Source: an uncultured Bacteroidia bacterium
GTDB taxonomy: Bacteria; Bacteroidota; Bacteroidia; Bacteroidales; F082
Length of the DNA: 64,000 bases
Direction: 5' to 3'
Assembly (NCBI GenBank): GCA_963759045.1
Contig: CAVWXM010000033.1
Location: forward strand, 6,452-70,451
Under the pieces are notes generated by a model, which did no database searches, was not told the DNA's origin, and saw nothing but the letters and a program-made list of their open reading frames with translations. A program made the translations under genes and the position numbers. Positions 20,764 through 30,334 of this stretch are shown here, piece by piece. The stretch's first letter is position 1. Each line of letters begins with the position of its first letter.

Positions 20764-21830
20764 TTTGTTTTTCTAAATCCACAATTCGCCGTTCAATAAA
20801 TTTTACCTGGTCTAAAACTTTTGAAGCATACCCCCATTCGTTATCATACCATAATACTAATTTAAGTAAATTTCCCTGAATGATATCTGTCCATCGATGG
20901 TCTATTACAGCTGAATACTCAGCTTTTTTAAAGTCCAATGAAACTAAAGGCTCCCAGTTATTATGAATGACTGATATTTTTTGGGTTCGCTCTATTTCTT
21001 GAAAAACTGCAATTAACTCTTTAATCATTTACCTCTTTCTTCAGTTTTAATGTAATATCTGCACTTCCAACAATTGCTACGGGTGTTCTATAAGAAAATG
21101 AACCAATCATTTGTTCTGTTATTTTTTCCTCTTTAAGTACTTTGCATGTAGCTGCAACGGCAGATGTAGGCTTTGGAATCATATTCCCAATTGCTGAACG
21201 CCCTAATGCGAAATGGTGATAAATTTGACCTGGTACTGACCATGAGCTGGCAGGACCATCCACCAGGTTCTGGTAGCTTAACCAAGGATGTAAGGTAGTT
21301 ATGTAGCCATTTTCAATTCCATAATTATTTGAAATAATTTTAAGGACAGGTGCTATTGCTGTTGCATCACAGATGCTTGATGAAATTACATGATGTTTTT
21401 CATCTTGGTATTTATGCTCGTTAACACCTAATACCATTGTAAAGTCAACTTCATCTGGCGAGTGGGTAATGATTACTTTCTTTACATTACTTTTGTTAAT
21501 AAGGTTTTGAGCATGCAATACATTTTCATAAATTCCAGAAGCATCGATAACGATATCTACTTCCATTGAATCCCAATCTACAGCATCAATTTGAGTTTTA
21601 TTAAATACTTTGATCCGATCTCCATTTTTACACGTTATTTGGTCATTCTCTGTGAAATATAATTCAGGTAATCGATCGTACAAAGTGTCGAAATTTAATG
21701 TATAAATAATGTTTTTTATATCTGGGTTTATTTCATTAATAGCTACTACGTTGATGTAGTTTTTATTCAAATTATTACGAAAAATAGCTCTGCCTATCCT
21801 TCCAAACCCGTTAATGCCTACTCTAATCAT
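20750..21830 (-). CDS. Divergent GAPDH-family dehydrogenase (one frameshift near 21025)
   Basis: N-terminal GINGFGRIGR. Catalytic Cys is in SSSICDATAIAP (canonical SNASCTTNCLAP) and His in TTLHPW. C-terminal WYDNEWGYA. Split into 21021..21830 and 20750..21028. Confidence 0.8.
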
Positions 21831-21845
21831 ATCGTTTAGCTTTAA

Positions 21846-22508
21846 CTATATTATCAATTCTTGTAAATCTTTAATTATTTCTATCTGATCTTTATTTTTT
21901 ACAAAGGTTTGCCAATCTTGAAATGAGGTGTAACCGTACATAAATGCAAAATCTGCATTTAACTTTATTGATGTATCATAATCTACTTTGCTGTCGCCTA
22001 TATATAAAACAGGAGGTATTAATTTAATTGTCGCAATATTTTCATCCTTAGATTTTGGACCTCCAAAAATATGTGTAAAATAAGTTGTAAGTTTATGAAT
22101 ATCAAACAACTTCTCTATTTCACTCAGTGCTCCACCCGATAAGGCAATTAATGTTATTCCTGTATTACAATACTTGATGAATGAAGTGCAGTGTTTCGTT
22201 AGCTCAGCTTTGTATAGACTCTGCTCATTGAGATTGTTGTAATATTTGAGAATATGATAAGCTAATTCTGGTTCGTCAGTAAAGAATGAGTTTATTTTTT
22301 GTTCTCTTGGTATACCACTCAAGCGCATAAAATATGGTGTAAATTCATTAGCAACTTTTGAGTTGGTAATCTGTTTAACAGCCATATAAATATTATTTTC
22401 TTTAGTTTTGTTTGAGTCAAAAATAACGCCATCTACATCCAGAATAATTGTATTATAAAATGAATTTTTAAATTTTTGAATAATAGGCTTCATCATATAA
22501 ATTATCAA
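21846..22508 (-). CDS. HAD-superfamily hydrolase (phosphatase-like)
   Basis: HAD motif I (DVDGVIFDS) and motif IV-like GDSKVDYD. Confidence 0.8.
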   Translation of the reverse strand: MIIYMMKPIIQKFKNSFYNTIILDVDGVIFDSNKTKENNIYMAVKQITNSKVANEFTPYFMRLSGIPREQKINSFFTDEPELAYHILKYYNNLNEQSLYKAELTKHCTSFIKYCNTGITLIALSGGALSEIEKLFDIHKLTTYFTHIFGGPKSKDENIATIKLIPPVLYIGDSKVDYDTSIKLNADFAFMYGYTSFQDWQTFVKNKDQIEIIKDLQELII

Positions 22509-22567
22509 TAAAAGAAGAAATATATTCCTTAAATGAAAACTATTTTTTAGACAGTTTATTCTGCTGA

Positions 22568-23380
22568 TTATGATAATTCTTTATAATTCACTTTTGGGAT
22601 ATTTTTTACAGAACTATTTTCACTAAGATTGTACACTCTGTTTTTTATATTTGATTCAGCAATTAATTCAATTGTCCATCTTTTGTAATCCCACATATCC
22701 TTTTCTGAGTTATCTTCCTGCTGAAACCGTTTTGTAATTTTATTAATAATTTTCTGGTCCTCCTTTGAGTATTGTGTTGAGAAAACTTTATCCTCTGGGG
22801 GGGTGTAAAAATCAACACCAATTAAATAAATGTTTCGACAGCCCATATATAGTGCAAGTGGAATTGCTCCTTCTGAAACTACATTGCTTACGCTTGTAAA
22901 TCCAATTTTTTCTATTGATCGCGGATTATCATAAAAAGTAAGTAATACGTCTTTTAATTGTTTATTATTAGGGCTTTGATCAATGGGTATCCGATTTGAA
23001 TACATATTGATTTCATTAGTTAAATATAATTCTGGCTTAGGATTGGCCCATATCCAATTGATAAAAGCAGGAATATTATTTTCGAAACAAAAATTTCTTC
23101 CCTCCTCCATCCATGAAAATTGCGCATCTACTACTACCCAATAATCAGGAGGATAATATTTAAAGGATTTGTTTGTTCCAATTACTACGAATTTTTTTAG
23201 AAAATCATGAGGTAACTTATCAAGCGAAGGTCCGGCACCCATTATTATAAAGTCTTTTCCATTATGGATGTTTCGAAACTGTTTTAATTTTTTATTTTGC
23301 TCAGCTAAGGAAAGATATTTTTTTGTTTGTCCAATTAGCCCTTTCTTTAGTTTAAAAGCAAGAACATTCATTTGATACAT
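22568..23380 (-). CDS. DUF115 / MptE-like (Maf-type) putative CMP-sugar-dependent transferase
   Basis: IIMGAGPSLD followed by ...IGTN... and LIGVDFY matches my recollection of the DUF115 signature found in Maf flagellin glycosyltransferases. Confidence 0.6.
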   Translation of the reverse strand: MYQMNVLAFKLKKGLIGQTKKYLSLAEQNKKLKQFRNIHNGKDFIIMGAGPSLDKLPHDFLKKFVVIGTNKSFKYYPPDYWVVVDAQFSWMEEGRNFCFENNIPAFINWIWANPKPELYLTNEINMYSNRIPIDQSPNNKQLKDVLLTFYDNPRSIEKIGFTSVSNVVSEGAIPLALYMGCRNIYLIGVDFYTPPEDKVFSTQYSKEDQKIINKITKRFQQEDNSEKDMWDYKRWTIELIAESNIKNRVYNLSENSSVKNIPKVNYKELS

Positions 23381-23801
23381 TTTTTTTGATTACTAATTTT
23401 AACTAACGGTTATTTTTGATACGGTTTTTTGTTTTAATGGTTACTTGCAGACTTACTTTTATAGCTTTAGATCGAAGTTGTAAATAAATTATTTATACAT
23501 ATAACGTTAAATTACATACTAAAAAAGGTTATGTTCTAATTGAGATTAATTCAAGTAATGTAGCTTACAAATCCTACCATCTGTTTAGAATCCTAAATAG
23601 AATAAAATAATCATAATCAAATTACTTCGGGCATACAAACTTAAAAACAGACTTGTTAACATCTTGAATTTATGAAACTCAATAAAACTGACCAAATATT
23701 TATAGGGTTTTCTCATGGTAGAAAATAATTGATTTCTGCTGAAATTAACATATAGTACAAAATAATATTATCTGTTACTATTTGTTTATTTCATTATATC
23801 T

Positions 23802-24374
23802 TTGAGCAAAACGTTTTTAAATGAAAGCAATACAATACTGATATGCACTAATTTTATTTTAGTTTCAATGATTGCATGTCAGCAAACAGAAAAAGTGATT
23901 GTAACTGAGAAAATCCAGTATGATGTCAACATCAAAAGTCCTGATCCGGATTACGACTGGTGGATACAAAACCTGCCCGGGCCACAGCGTGATAAAATTG
24001 TGAATATGATTATGGATGGCGCTTTGTCAGGAAAGTACAAAGCTTTCGACTATTACGGTCAACCACTTTCGCCAAATGAAATTATGAGGATGATGGCTGA
24101 TACAATTTATTATACAATAATGGATGAAGAGCCACCTTATGCAGAAAGAGACACAATGGTTATAAATAATGTCTTTCGTGAAGATGTTTTAAGAATCAGG
24201 TTTTTAGAAGAATGGCGAATAGATCCTGATATTTTACAAATGGAAAAAAAGATACTTGGCATTGCGCCAATTGCGAGACGACCTGATTTAATGGGAATGG
24301 AACGCTGGCAACCCTTGTTTTGGATATACACGGATCAGAAATATATAGAAGCATTAGAAAAGGAGAAGAGATAG
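23802..24374 (+). CDS. Hypothetical protein, possible lipoprotein
   Basis: 190-aa ORF with a TTG start. Hydrophobic N-terminus ending in a lipobox-like ...VSMIAC. No family recognised. Confidence 0.5.
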   Translation: MSKTFLNESNTILICTNFILVSMIACQQTEKVIVTEKIQYDVNIKSPDPDYDWWIQNLPGPQRDKIVNMIMDGALSGKYKAFDYYGQPLSPNEIMRMMADTIYYTIMDEEPPYAERDTMVINNVFREDVLRIRFLEEWRIDPDILQMEKKILGIAPIARRPDLMGMERWQPLFWIYTDQKYIEALEKEKR

Positions 24375-24493
24375 TTAATGACTAAATGTTTCAATGTGAT
24401 CATGCTTTACTTGGTGTTGAATATTTATGCATTTTAGCATTGAATCATTAAAGTATTGCTTTGGAAAGAAATACAATCAAAAAAAATAACAAG

Positions 24494-24844
24494 ATGAAAA
24501 CCATATCACTAAACAAAGTCGAAAAGAAAAAAGTAAACATGACAGGTGCTGAAAAAGCCTGGAAACAAATGCCGCTATCAACCACTGATGGCGTACCGAT
24601 GTATTCACTGAGGGTATTTACCGTTGAGCCTGGTGGATTCACACCTTATCATCAACATCCCTATGAACATATGAATTACATCATCGAAGGAGAAGGGGCT
24701 TTAGTTGATGTAAATGGCAACGAAAAACCAATCAAAGCCGGTGATTTTGCACTGGTCAATCCTGATGAAAAACACCAGTATCGTAACAAATCAGCTGAAA
24801 AGCCATTTGTGATGATTTGTGGAGTGCCTAAGGAGTTTGAATAA
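24494..24844 (+). CDS. Cupin-domain protein
   Basis: GGFTPYHQHPYEHMNYIIEGEG...GDFALVNPDEKHQY carries cupin motifs 1 and 2. ATG at 24494 (the track ORF starts with TTG at 24461). Confidence 0.8.
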   Translation: MKTISLNKVEKKKVNMTGAEKAWKQMPLSTTDGVPMYSLRVFTVEPGGFTPYHQHPYEHMNYIIEGEGALVDVNGNEKPIKAGDFALVNPDEKHQYRNKSAEKPFVMICGVPKEFE

Positions 24845-24878
24845 TTCAATTAACTAAAACTATTTCTCAGGATAGCAA

Positions 24879-25538
24879 TCAATCTGGTTTTGTTTCCTGA
24901 CTGCCTCCGCTTAAATACTTACCAACCAGCATTGCAATAACAAAAGCAAGGTATAGTTGTCCGGCAACGCTAAAAAATATAGAAAGCGATCGTGCAACAG
25001 AATTGAGTGGAGAAATATCACCATAACCGAGTGTAGTCATTGTTACAAAAGCATAATAAATAAAATCAGCCTGACTGACTAATAATTCTCCCGGAGGATT
25101 GTAGGCGTCATGGTCAAAGGAATAAACAGCGCTAAAAAGTATTGATGCAGCAATACCCAACAATAAGTAAACATTAATCGATTCTAAAAACTCAAGTATA
25201 CTTACTGTTTTACTTTTTGCAACTCGAATTATAAGGAAAACAATAACTACCAGAAAAAATGCAAATGATAAATATCCTGAAATATTTGAGATTAGTGGTA
25301 AGTCAACAATCTCTGAAAACCATGTGAGGCCAACAACTATTAATGGGAATATTAAGGTTTTGTTGCCTGTGTCTTTTACCGTAAATATTGAGACTATTAT
25401 AATAATTGAAATAAAAGTAAAATAGATAAAACGGGTATCTACCTTATCATGGAAAATGCCAATAATAAAAATGTATATAAAACTCAAAATAAACAGTACA
25501 ATATTATGTCTTAACCTTGGGTCGAATGGTTTTTTCAT
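24879..25538 (-). CDS. Two-TM-type potassium channel family protein
   Basis: Selectivity filter TMTTLGYGD, preceded by several TM helices. Confidence 0.85.
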   Translation of the reverse strand: MKKPFDPRLRHNIVLFILSFIYIFIIGIFHDKVDTRFIYFTFISIIIIVSIFTVKDTGNKTLIFPLIVVGLTWFSEIVDLPLISNISGYLSFAFFLVVIVFLIIRVAKSKTVSILEFLESINVYLLLGIAASILFSAVYSFDHDAYNPPGELLVSQADFIYYAFVTMTTLGYGDISPLNSVARSLSIFFSVAGQLYLAFVIAMLVGKYLSGGSQETKPD

Positions 25539-25611
25539 TAAGCAAATGTTTTATTGATATCAAATATAATCAATGCAGTTCAATCAAAAATCAAACAAGC
25601 TGGAAACTTAT

Positions 25612-25619
25612 TATCTTTG
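25612..25619 (+). promoter_or_regulatory. Putative -7 box (TATCTTTG) inside the track ORF, implying a downstream start
   Basis: Exact TAnnTTTG match. An in-frame TTG at 25647 gives MSYQFHILKNGIRIIHRE, a typical M16 N-terminus. Confidence 0.4.
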
Positions 25620-25646
25620 CTCGCTAAAATACTGAACATCTGTAAT

Positions 25647-26880
25647 TTGAGTTATCAGTTTCATATATTAAAAAATGGCATTAGAATCATTCACCGCGAA
25701 GTGGAGGGAATTGTTTCACATTGTGGTTTGATGGTAAATACCGGATCACGGGATGAGCTTGAAAATGAAAGTGGAATGGCCCATTTTATTGAGCATATGA
25801 TCTTTAAAGGAACCAAAAAGCGAAAGGCCTATCATGTTCTGAGCCGGATCGAAAATATAGGCGGTGACTTAAACGCATTTACTACCAAGGAAGAAACCTG
25901 TATTTATGCTTCATTTTTAAGTCAATATTACGAACAAAGTCTTGAGCTTTTTGCAGATGTAGCCTTTAATTCAACTTTCCCTCAGAAGGAAATGGAGAAA
26001 GAAAAGGATGTAATTGTTGATGAAATTAATTCATACAACGACAGTCCTGCTGAGCTAATCTTTGATGATTTTGAAGAAATGATCTTCAAGGGACACTCGA
26101 TTGGTTTGAATATTCTTGGAGTTGCCGGGAGCATTGAGGGATTTAAAAGAAGAGATGTTTTCAGGTTTATCAAACGAAATTATAGCACCAACCAGATGGT
26201 AATCTCGTCAGTTGGTAATATCAAAATCGACCGACTTAATCACACTGATCGATAAATATTTTGGGCACATTAAAACCAACCGAAATGGAATACATCGTCT
26301 GCCTTTTAACGAATACCAAATTCAACATAAAAGTTTAAAAAAGGATTCGTATTTAACTCATGCCATTATTGGCAATATTGCATATCCCCGCAACCATGAC
26401 AAGAATTATGCAATGGCCCTGGTAACTAATCTGCTCGGTGGCCCTGCACTTAATTCCCGTTTAAATCTTTCCATACGTGAAAAATATGGTTATGCCTACA
26501 ACATCGAGGCAATGTATCAACCCTACTCTGACACAGGAGTGTTTTTGGTTTATATAGGCTCTGACCGAAATCATATTAACAAGAGTTTAGAACTTGTTCA
26601 AAAAGAATTTAAAACACTTCGTGAAAAAACGCTTGGAGCCATTCAGTTTCATCGGGCAAAAAAACAATTGATCGGTCAACTTGCTATCAGTTTTGAATCA
26701 AGATTAAATGAAATGCTTGGTAATGCAAAAAGCTGTATGCATGATGATGAAGTGAAGACATTTGATCAAATCGTTGAAGACATAAACAAAATCACTACAT
26801 CCGAGGTGCTGGATGTTACCAATGACATATTCGATAAAGACAAACTCAGCACATTAATTTACAAAGCAAAAGAAGAATAA
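25647..26880 (+). CDS. M16 (pitrilysin/insulinase) family zinc peptidase, frameshift near 26225
   Basis: HFIEHMIFKGT is the HxxEH zinc motif. Split into 25554..26255 and 26212..26880. The junction lies in atcaaaatcg (an A4 run). Confidence 0.85.
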
Positions 26881-27521
26881 TGCTACTTGATAAAAACATT
26901 GAATCTTATGTTGAAAGCCATACAACTGAAGAAACAGAAATTCTTAAATCATTAAACAGGGCAACACACCTAAAAACGTTTTATCCCAATATGCTCTCTG
27001 GCAGTGTTCAGGGCAAATTCCTTGAGATGACCAGTTATATGATTCGGCCGAAACGCATTCTTGAAATAGGCACCTTCACAGGATATTCAGCTATTGCCTT
27101 GGCAAAAGGTCTTTCAATAGGTGGTAAAGTTATTACACTCGAATTCGATGAAGAAATGGAATCATTTGCAAAGGAGTATATCAAAAAGGCAGGCATGTCA
27201 GATAAAATCGAATTGAAAATGGGCGATGCACTGAAAATTATCCCGGAATTATCTGAAGTGTTCGACCTTGTTTTTATTGATGCTGACAAAGAACAATATG
27301 TTGATTATTACGAGCTGGCTATTGCAAAACTAAAACCCGGAGGATTTATCCTGGCTGACAATGTTTTATGGAGTGGAAAGGTGTTGGAAAGTGATGCGAA
27401 ATCAGACAAAGAAACCATGGGCATTAAGGCATTTAATGAACATGTAAAAAATGATAATCGCGTTGAGCAAGTAATGCTTACAGTTAGGGATGGGCTGATG
27501 CTGGTAAGGAAAAATAATTGA
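26880..27521 (+). CDS. Class I SAM-dependent O-methyltransferase (caffeoyl-CoA OMT / YrrM family)
   Basis: 213 aa. EIGTFTGYSAIALA and FIDADKEQY motifs. Confidence 0.85.
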   Translation: MLLDKNIESYVESHTTEETEILKSLNRATHLKTFYPNMLSGSVQGKFLEMTSYMIRPKRILEIGTFTGYSAIALAKGLSIGGKVITLEFDEEMESFAKEYIKKAGMSDKIELKMGDALKIIPELSEVFDLVFIDADKEQYVDYYELAIAKLKPGGFILADNVLWSGKVLESDAKSDKETMGIKAFNEHVKNDNRVEQVMLTVRDGLMLVRKNN

Positions 27522-27522
27522 C

Positions 27523-27605
27523 TGTCATCCGATATGAAGCACAGCGAAATGAAGAATCTTTTACGTTCCCAAAATTAAGATTCTTCAATAACGTTCAGAA
27601 TGACA
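27523..27605. repeat. Imperfect palindromic (REP-like) element between convergent genes; probable bidirectional terminator
   Basis: Outer ends are tgtcat...atgaca. The inner perfect 10-bp stem is gaagaatctt (27551-27560) paired with aagattcttc (27577-27586), with a 16-nt loop. Confidence 0.6.
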
Positions 27606-27618
27606 AATTTTATGGTGT

Positions 27619-28125
27619 CTAGTTCGTCTTAAACTGGTACTTAACCTTGCTCAAATCCTCATTCGCTAAAACAATCTTTTGCTTGAGGTTCTTTTTGTAA
27701 GCTTTTGTCTTTTTCATCATGTCAACATCGCCGGTAGCAATCATCTGGGCAGCAAGTATAGCGGCATTTAAGGCACCATTAATGGCTACTGTTGCAACCG
27801 GAATCCCAGGAGGCATCTGCACAATAGCAAGCAAAGAATCCATTCCATCAAGTGAAGCATTTATTGGAACGCCAATAACTGGAATCGGGGTCATGGCAGC
27901 AATAACGCCTGGTAAGTGGGCCGCCATTCCGGCTCCGGCAATAATCACTTTGATGCCATTTGTTTCTGCATTTTTTGCAAATTTTTCGACCTCATCAGGA
28001 GTGCGATGTGCCGAAAGGGCATTCATTTCAAATGGGATTTCCATTTCTTCAAAAAAACCTGCAGCTTTTTCCATAATTTTAAGGTCGGAAGTACTGCCCA
28101 TGATTATGCTTACTATTGCTTTCAT
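27619..28125 (-). CDS. purE: 5-(carboxyamino)imidazole ribonucleotide mutase
   Basis: [15 protein letters not shown]...SAHRTP...[10 protein letters not shown] is canonical PurE. ATG at 28125 (the track ORF starts 13 codons upstream). Confidence 0.93.
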   Translation of the reverse strand: MKAIVSIIMGSTSDLKIMEKAAGFFEEMEIPFEMNALSAHRTPDEVEKFAKNAETNGIKVIIAGAGMAAHLPGVIAAMTPIPVIGVPINASLDGMDSLLAIVQMPPGIPVATVAINGALNAAILAAQMIATGDVDMMKKTKAYKKNLKQKIVLANEDLSKVKYQFKTN

Positions 28126-28187
28126 TAATTGATTATTTAGATTTAGCAAAAATAACCAAATCATATTATTTTAAGATGCCATAATTA

Positions 28188-28195
28188 TAACTTTG
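28188..28195 (+). promoter_or_regulatory. Putative -7 box (TAACTTTG)
   Basis: Exact TAnnTTTG match 24 nt upstream of the hpt ATG. Confidence 0.4.
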
Positions 28196-28218
28196 TAAAC
28201 CACTCATCAGAGCGTAAA

Positions 28219-28761
28219 ATGAACAATAAAACCGTTAAGATTCACAATAAATTATTTGCCCCATTTATTTCGTTTGAGAAAATTGATCAGGCTGTTACAA
28301 AAATCGCTGATCGGATGAACAATGAACTCCATGATAAAAACCCTTTGTTTATTGCAGTTTTGAATGGTTCATTCATGTTTGCATCTGATCTTTTTCATAA
28401 GATTGATTTTCCATGTGAAATTACTTTCGTAAAACTTGCATCATACAGCGGAACAAAATCAACTGAAACTGTCAGGCAATTGATTGGTATTGATGAAGAT
28501 ATTGTTGGCAGAAACATAGTTATTATTGAGGATATCATCGATTCGGGGCTTACAATGGAAAGGGTATTGGCCCAATTACAAATGATAGGGGCCGCCGATA
28601 TAAAAATAGCGACTCTGCTATACAAACCCAAAGCATTTAAAGGAAGCTACCCAATTGATTATATCGGACTTGAAATAGGTAATGATTTTATTGTTGGCTA
28701 TGGTCTCGACTATGATAAACATGGCAGAAATTTTAAAGACATTTACAAAATAGTAGAATAA
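28219..28761 (+). CDS. hpt: Hypoxanthine phosphoribosyltransferase
   Basis: 180 aa. PRPP-binding motif IVIIEDIIDSGLT. Confidence 0.9.
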   Translation: MNNKTVKIHNKLFAPFISFEKIDQAVTKIADRMNNELHDKNPLFIAVLNGSFMFASDLFHKIDFPCEITFVKLASYSGTKSTETVRQLIGIDEDIVGRNIVIIEDIIDSGLTMERVLAQLQMIGAADIKIATLLYKPKAFKGSYPIDYIGLEIGNDFIVGYGLDYDKHGRNFKDIYKIVE

Positions 28762-28775
28762 CAAATTTTAAACTT

Positions 28776-29945
28776 ATGTTAAACATTGCACTTTTTGGCC
28801 CTCCGGGAGCAGGTAAAGGAACACAATCAGAAAAACTTTTAGAAAAGTATAACCTTACATACATATCAACAGGTGATATGCTCCGGTCCGAAATCGCAGA
28901 AGGATCTTCCTTAGGACTTGAAGCCAAATCCGTAATAGCTTCTGGTGGACTAGTATCGGATGAATTAATAGTTCGGATCATTGAAAAAAAGATCAAAACC
29001 AATACCAGCTCAAAAGGAATTTTGTTCGATGGTTTTCCACGTACAACAGTTCAGGCATATATATTGGAAGGTTTGTTGTTAAAATTTAATAGCTCACTGG
29101 ACTGCATGATCAGCCTTGAAGCCCCTGACAAGGAATTAATTGATCGATTGTTGCTCAGGGCCAAAACCTCGGGGAGATCAGATGATACATTGGATGTGAT
29201 AAAAGTCAGGTTGCAGGAATACAATGATAAAACAAAACCGGTAGCAGATTTTTATGCCAGAAAGAGCAAATATTTTCCGGTAAATGGTGTGGGAGAAATT
29301 GATGATATTTTTAAAAACATTGTTGAGACCATTGAAAAAAACAGGAAAAAAGAGTTTACAAACATTGTCATTCTTGGTAAACCCGGATCAGGAAAAGGCA
29401 CACAAGGAAAATTTTTGGCCGACAAACACAACCTCGTTTATATTTCAACAGGAGCGATGATGCGACAGGAAATTGCTGACGACACTGAGATTGGTCGAAT
29501 TGCAAAACCATATATGGATAAGGGAGAAATCGTTCCTGATGAAATACCGATTAAGTTGATTGAGCGGATGATTGAGAGTAATCCCAAAGCCAATGGGTTT
29601 ATTTTCAAAGGCTTTCCCCGAACTATTGTTCAAGCTTATATTTTGGACGGATTATTGCAGCGAGGTGACATGAAACTTTCGGGAATGATCGAGATGAAAA
29701 TCTCAACTTTAAATGCGTTAAAAAGATTATCATCGAGGGCACATACCGACAGGGTAAGGCCATACGACGAAACCACTGATTTGATAGTAAACCGCTTAGA
29801 ACAATACCGTGAAAAAACCTTGCCTGTAATCGAATACTATAAAAAACAGGATAAATTTCATTCGATTTCTTCAATCGGAACTGAGGAAGAAGTATTTGAT
29901 CGGCTTTCTGAGCAGGTTGAAGATATCACCCGAGCCAACTATTAA
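28776..29945 (+). CDS. adk: Tandem-fused double adenylate kinase (two complete short-lid Adk modules)
   Basis: Module 1 has GPPGAGKGTQ, GFPRT and RSDD. Module 2, from about aa 195, has GKPGSGKGTQ, GFPRT and RVRPYDE. It is a single uninterrupted 389-aa ORF. Confidence 0.85.
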   Translation: MLNIALFGPPGAGKGTQSEKLLEKYNLTYISTGDMLRSEIAEGSSLGLEAKSVIASGGLVSDELIVRIIEKKIKTNTSSKGILFDGFPRTTVQAYILEGLLLKFNSSLDCMISLEAPDKELIDRLLLRAKTSGRSDDTLDVIKVRLQEYNDKTKPVADFYARKSKYFPVNGVGEIDDIFKNIVETIEKNRKKEFTNIVILGKPGSGKGTQGKFLADKHNLVYISTGAMMRQEIADDTEIGRIAKPYMDKGEIVPDEIPIKLIERMIESNPKANGFIFKGFPRTIVQAYILDGLLQRGDMKLSGMIEMKISTLNALKRLSSRAHTDRVRPYDETTDLIVNRLEQYREKTLPVIEYYKKQDKFHSISSIGTEEEVFDRLSEQVEDITRANY

Positions 29946-29960
29946 GAAAAATTCAACAAT

Positions 29961-29991
29961 AAAAAAAGCTGCTCATTGAGCAGCTTTTTTT
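29961..29991. terminator. Bidirectional Rho-independent terminator
   Basis: The sequence aaaaaaagctgctcattgagcagcttttttt forms a 7-9-bp GC-containing stem flanked by an A-run and a T-run, between convergent adk and rpmB. Confidence 0.85.
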
Positions 29992-30011
29992 ATAATATCT
30001 TAATAGGAAAT

Positions 30012-30251
30012 TTAGGCTTTATAGTAACCTTTAACAGCCGCATCTTTTAATGCATTTGCAATACCTTTTTTATTGATGGTGCGTATTCCAGCAGCACTTA
30101 CTCTTAAAGTAATCCATTTATCTTCAGCAGGCACATAAAACTTTTTGGTTTGAAGGTTTGGATGAAATTTCCTTCTTGTTTTAATATGCGAGTGAGAAAC
30201 ATTGTTTCCGCTGATCACTTTCTTTCCTGTTATCTGACAAACTCGTGACAT
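30012..30251 (-). CDS. rpmB: 50S ribosomal protein L28
   Basis: MSRVCQITGKKVISGNNVSHSHIKTRRKFHPNLQ is canonical L28. Confidence 0.95.
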   Translation of the reverse strand: MSRVCQITGKKVISGNNVSHSHIKTRRKFHPNLQTKKFYVPAEDKWITLRVSAAGIRTINKKGIANALKDAAVKGYYKA

Positions 30252-30334
30252 TGTATTATCTTTTAGTCTTGCTTCAAAATTTGGGAGTGCAAATAACGGA
30301 ATAATTTTTTAATTTGACAATATTATTTTCTAAT

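Noticed and set aside
23381-23801. A 420-bp AT-rich intergenic region examined for ncRNA, tRNA, repeats or a small gene.
   Set aside because: I found no stable stem-loops, no direct or inverted repeats and no tRNA-like GC-rich segment. Only an 18-codon ORF is present. It is most simply a promoter/leader region for the 19048..23380 operon.
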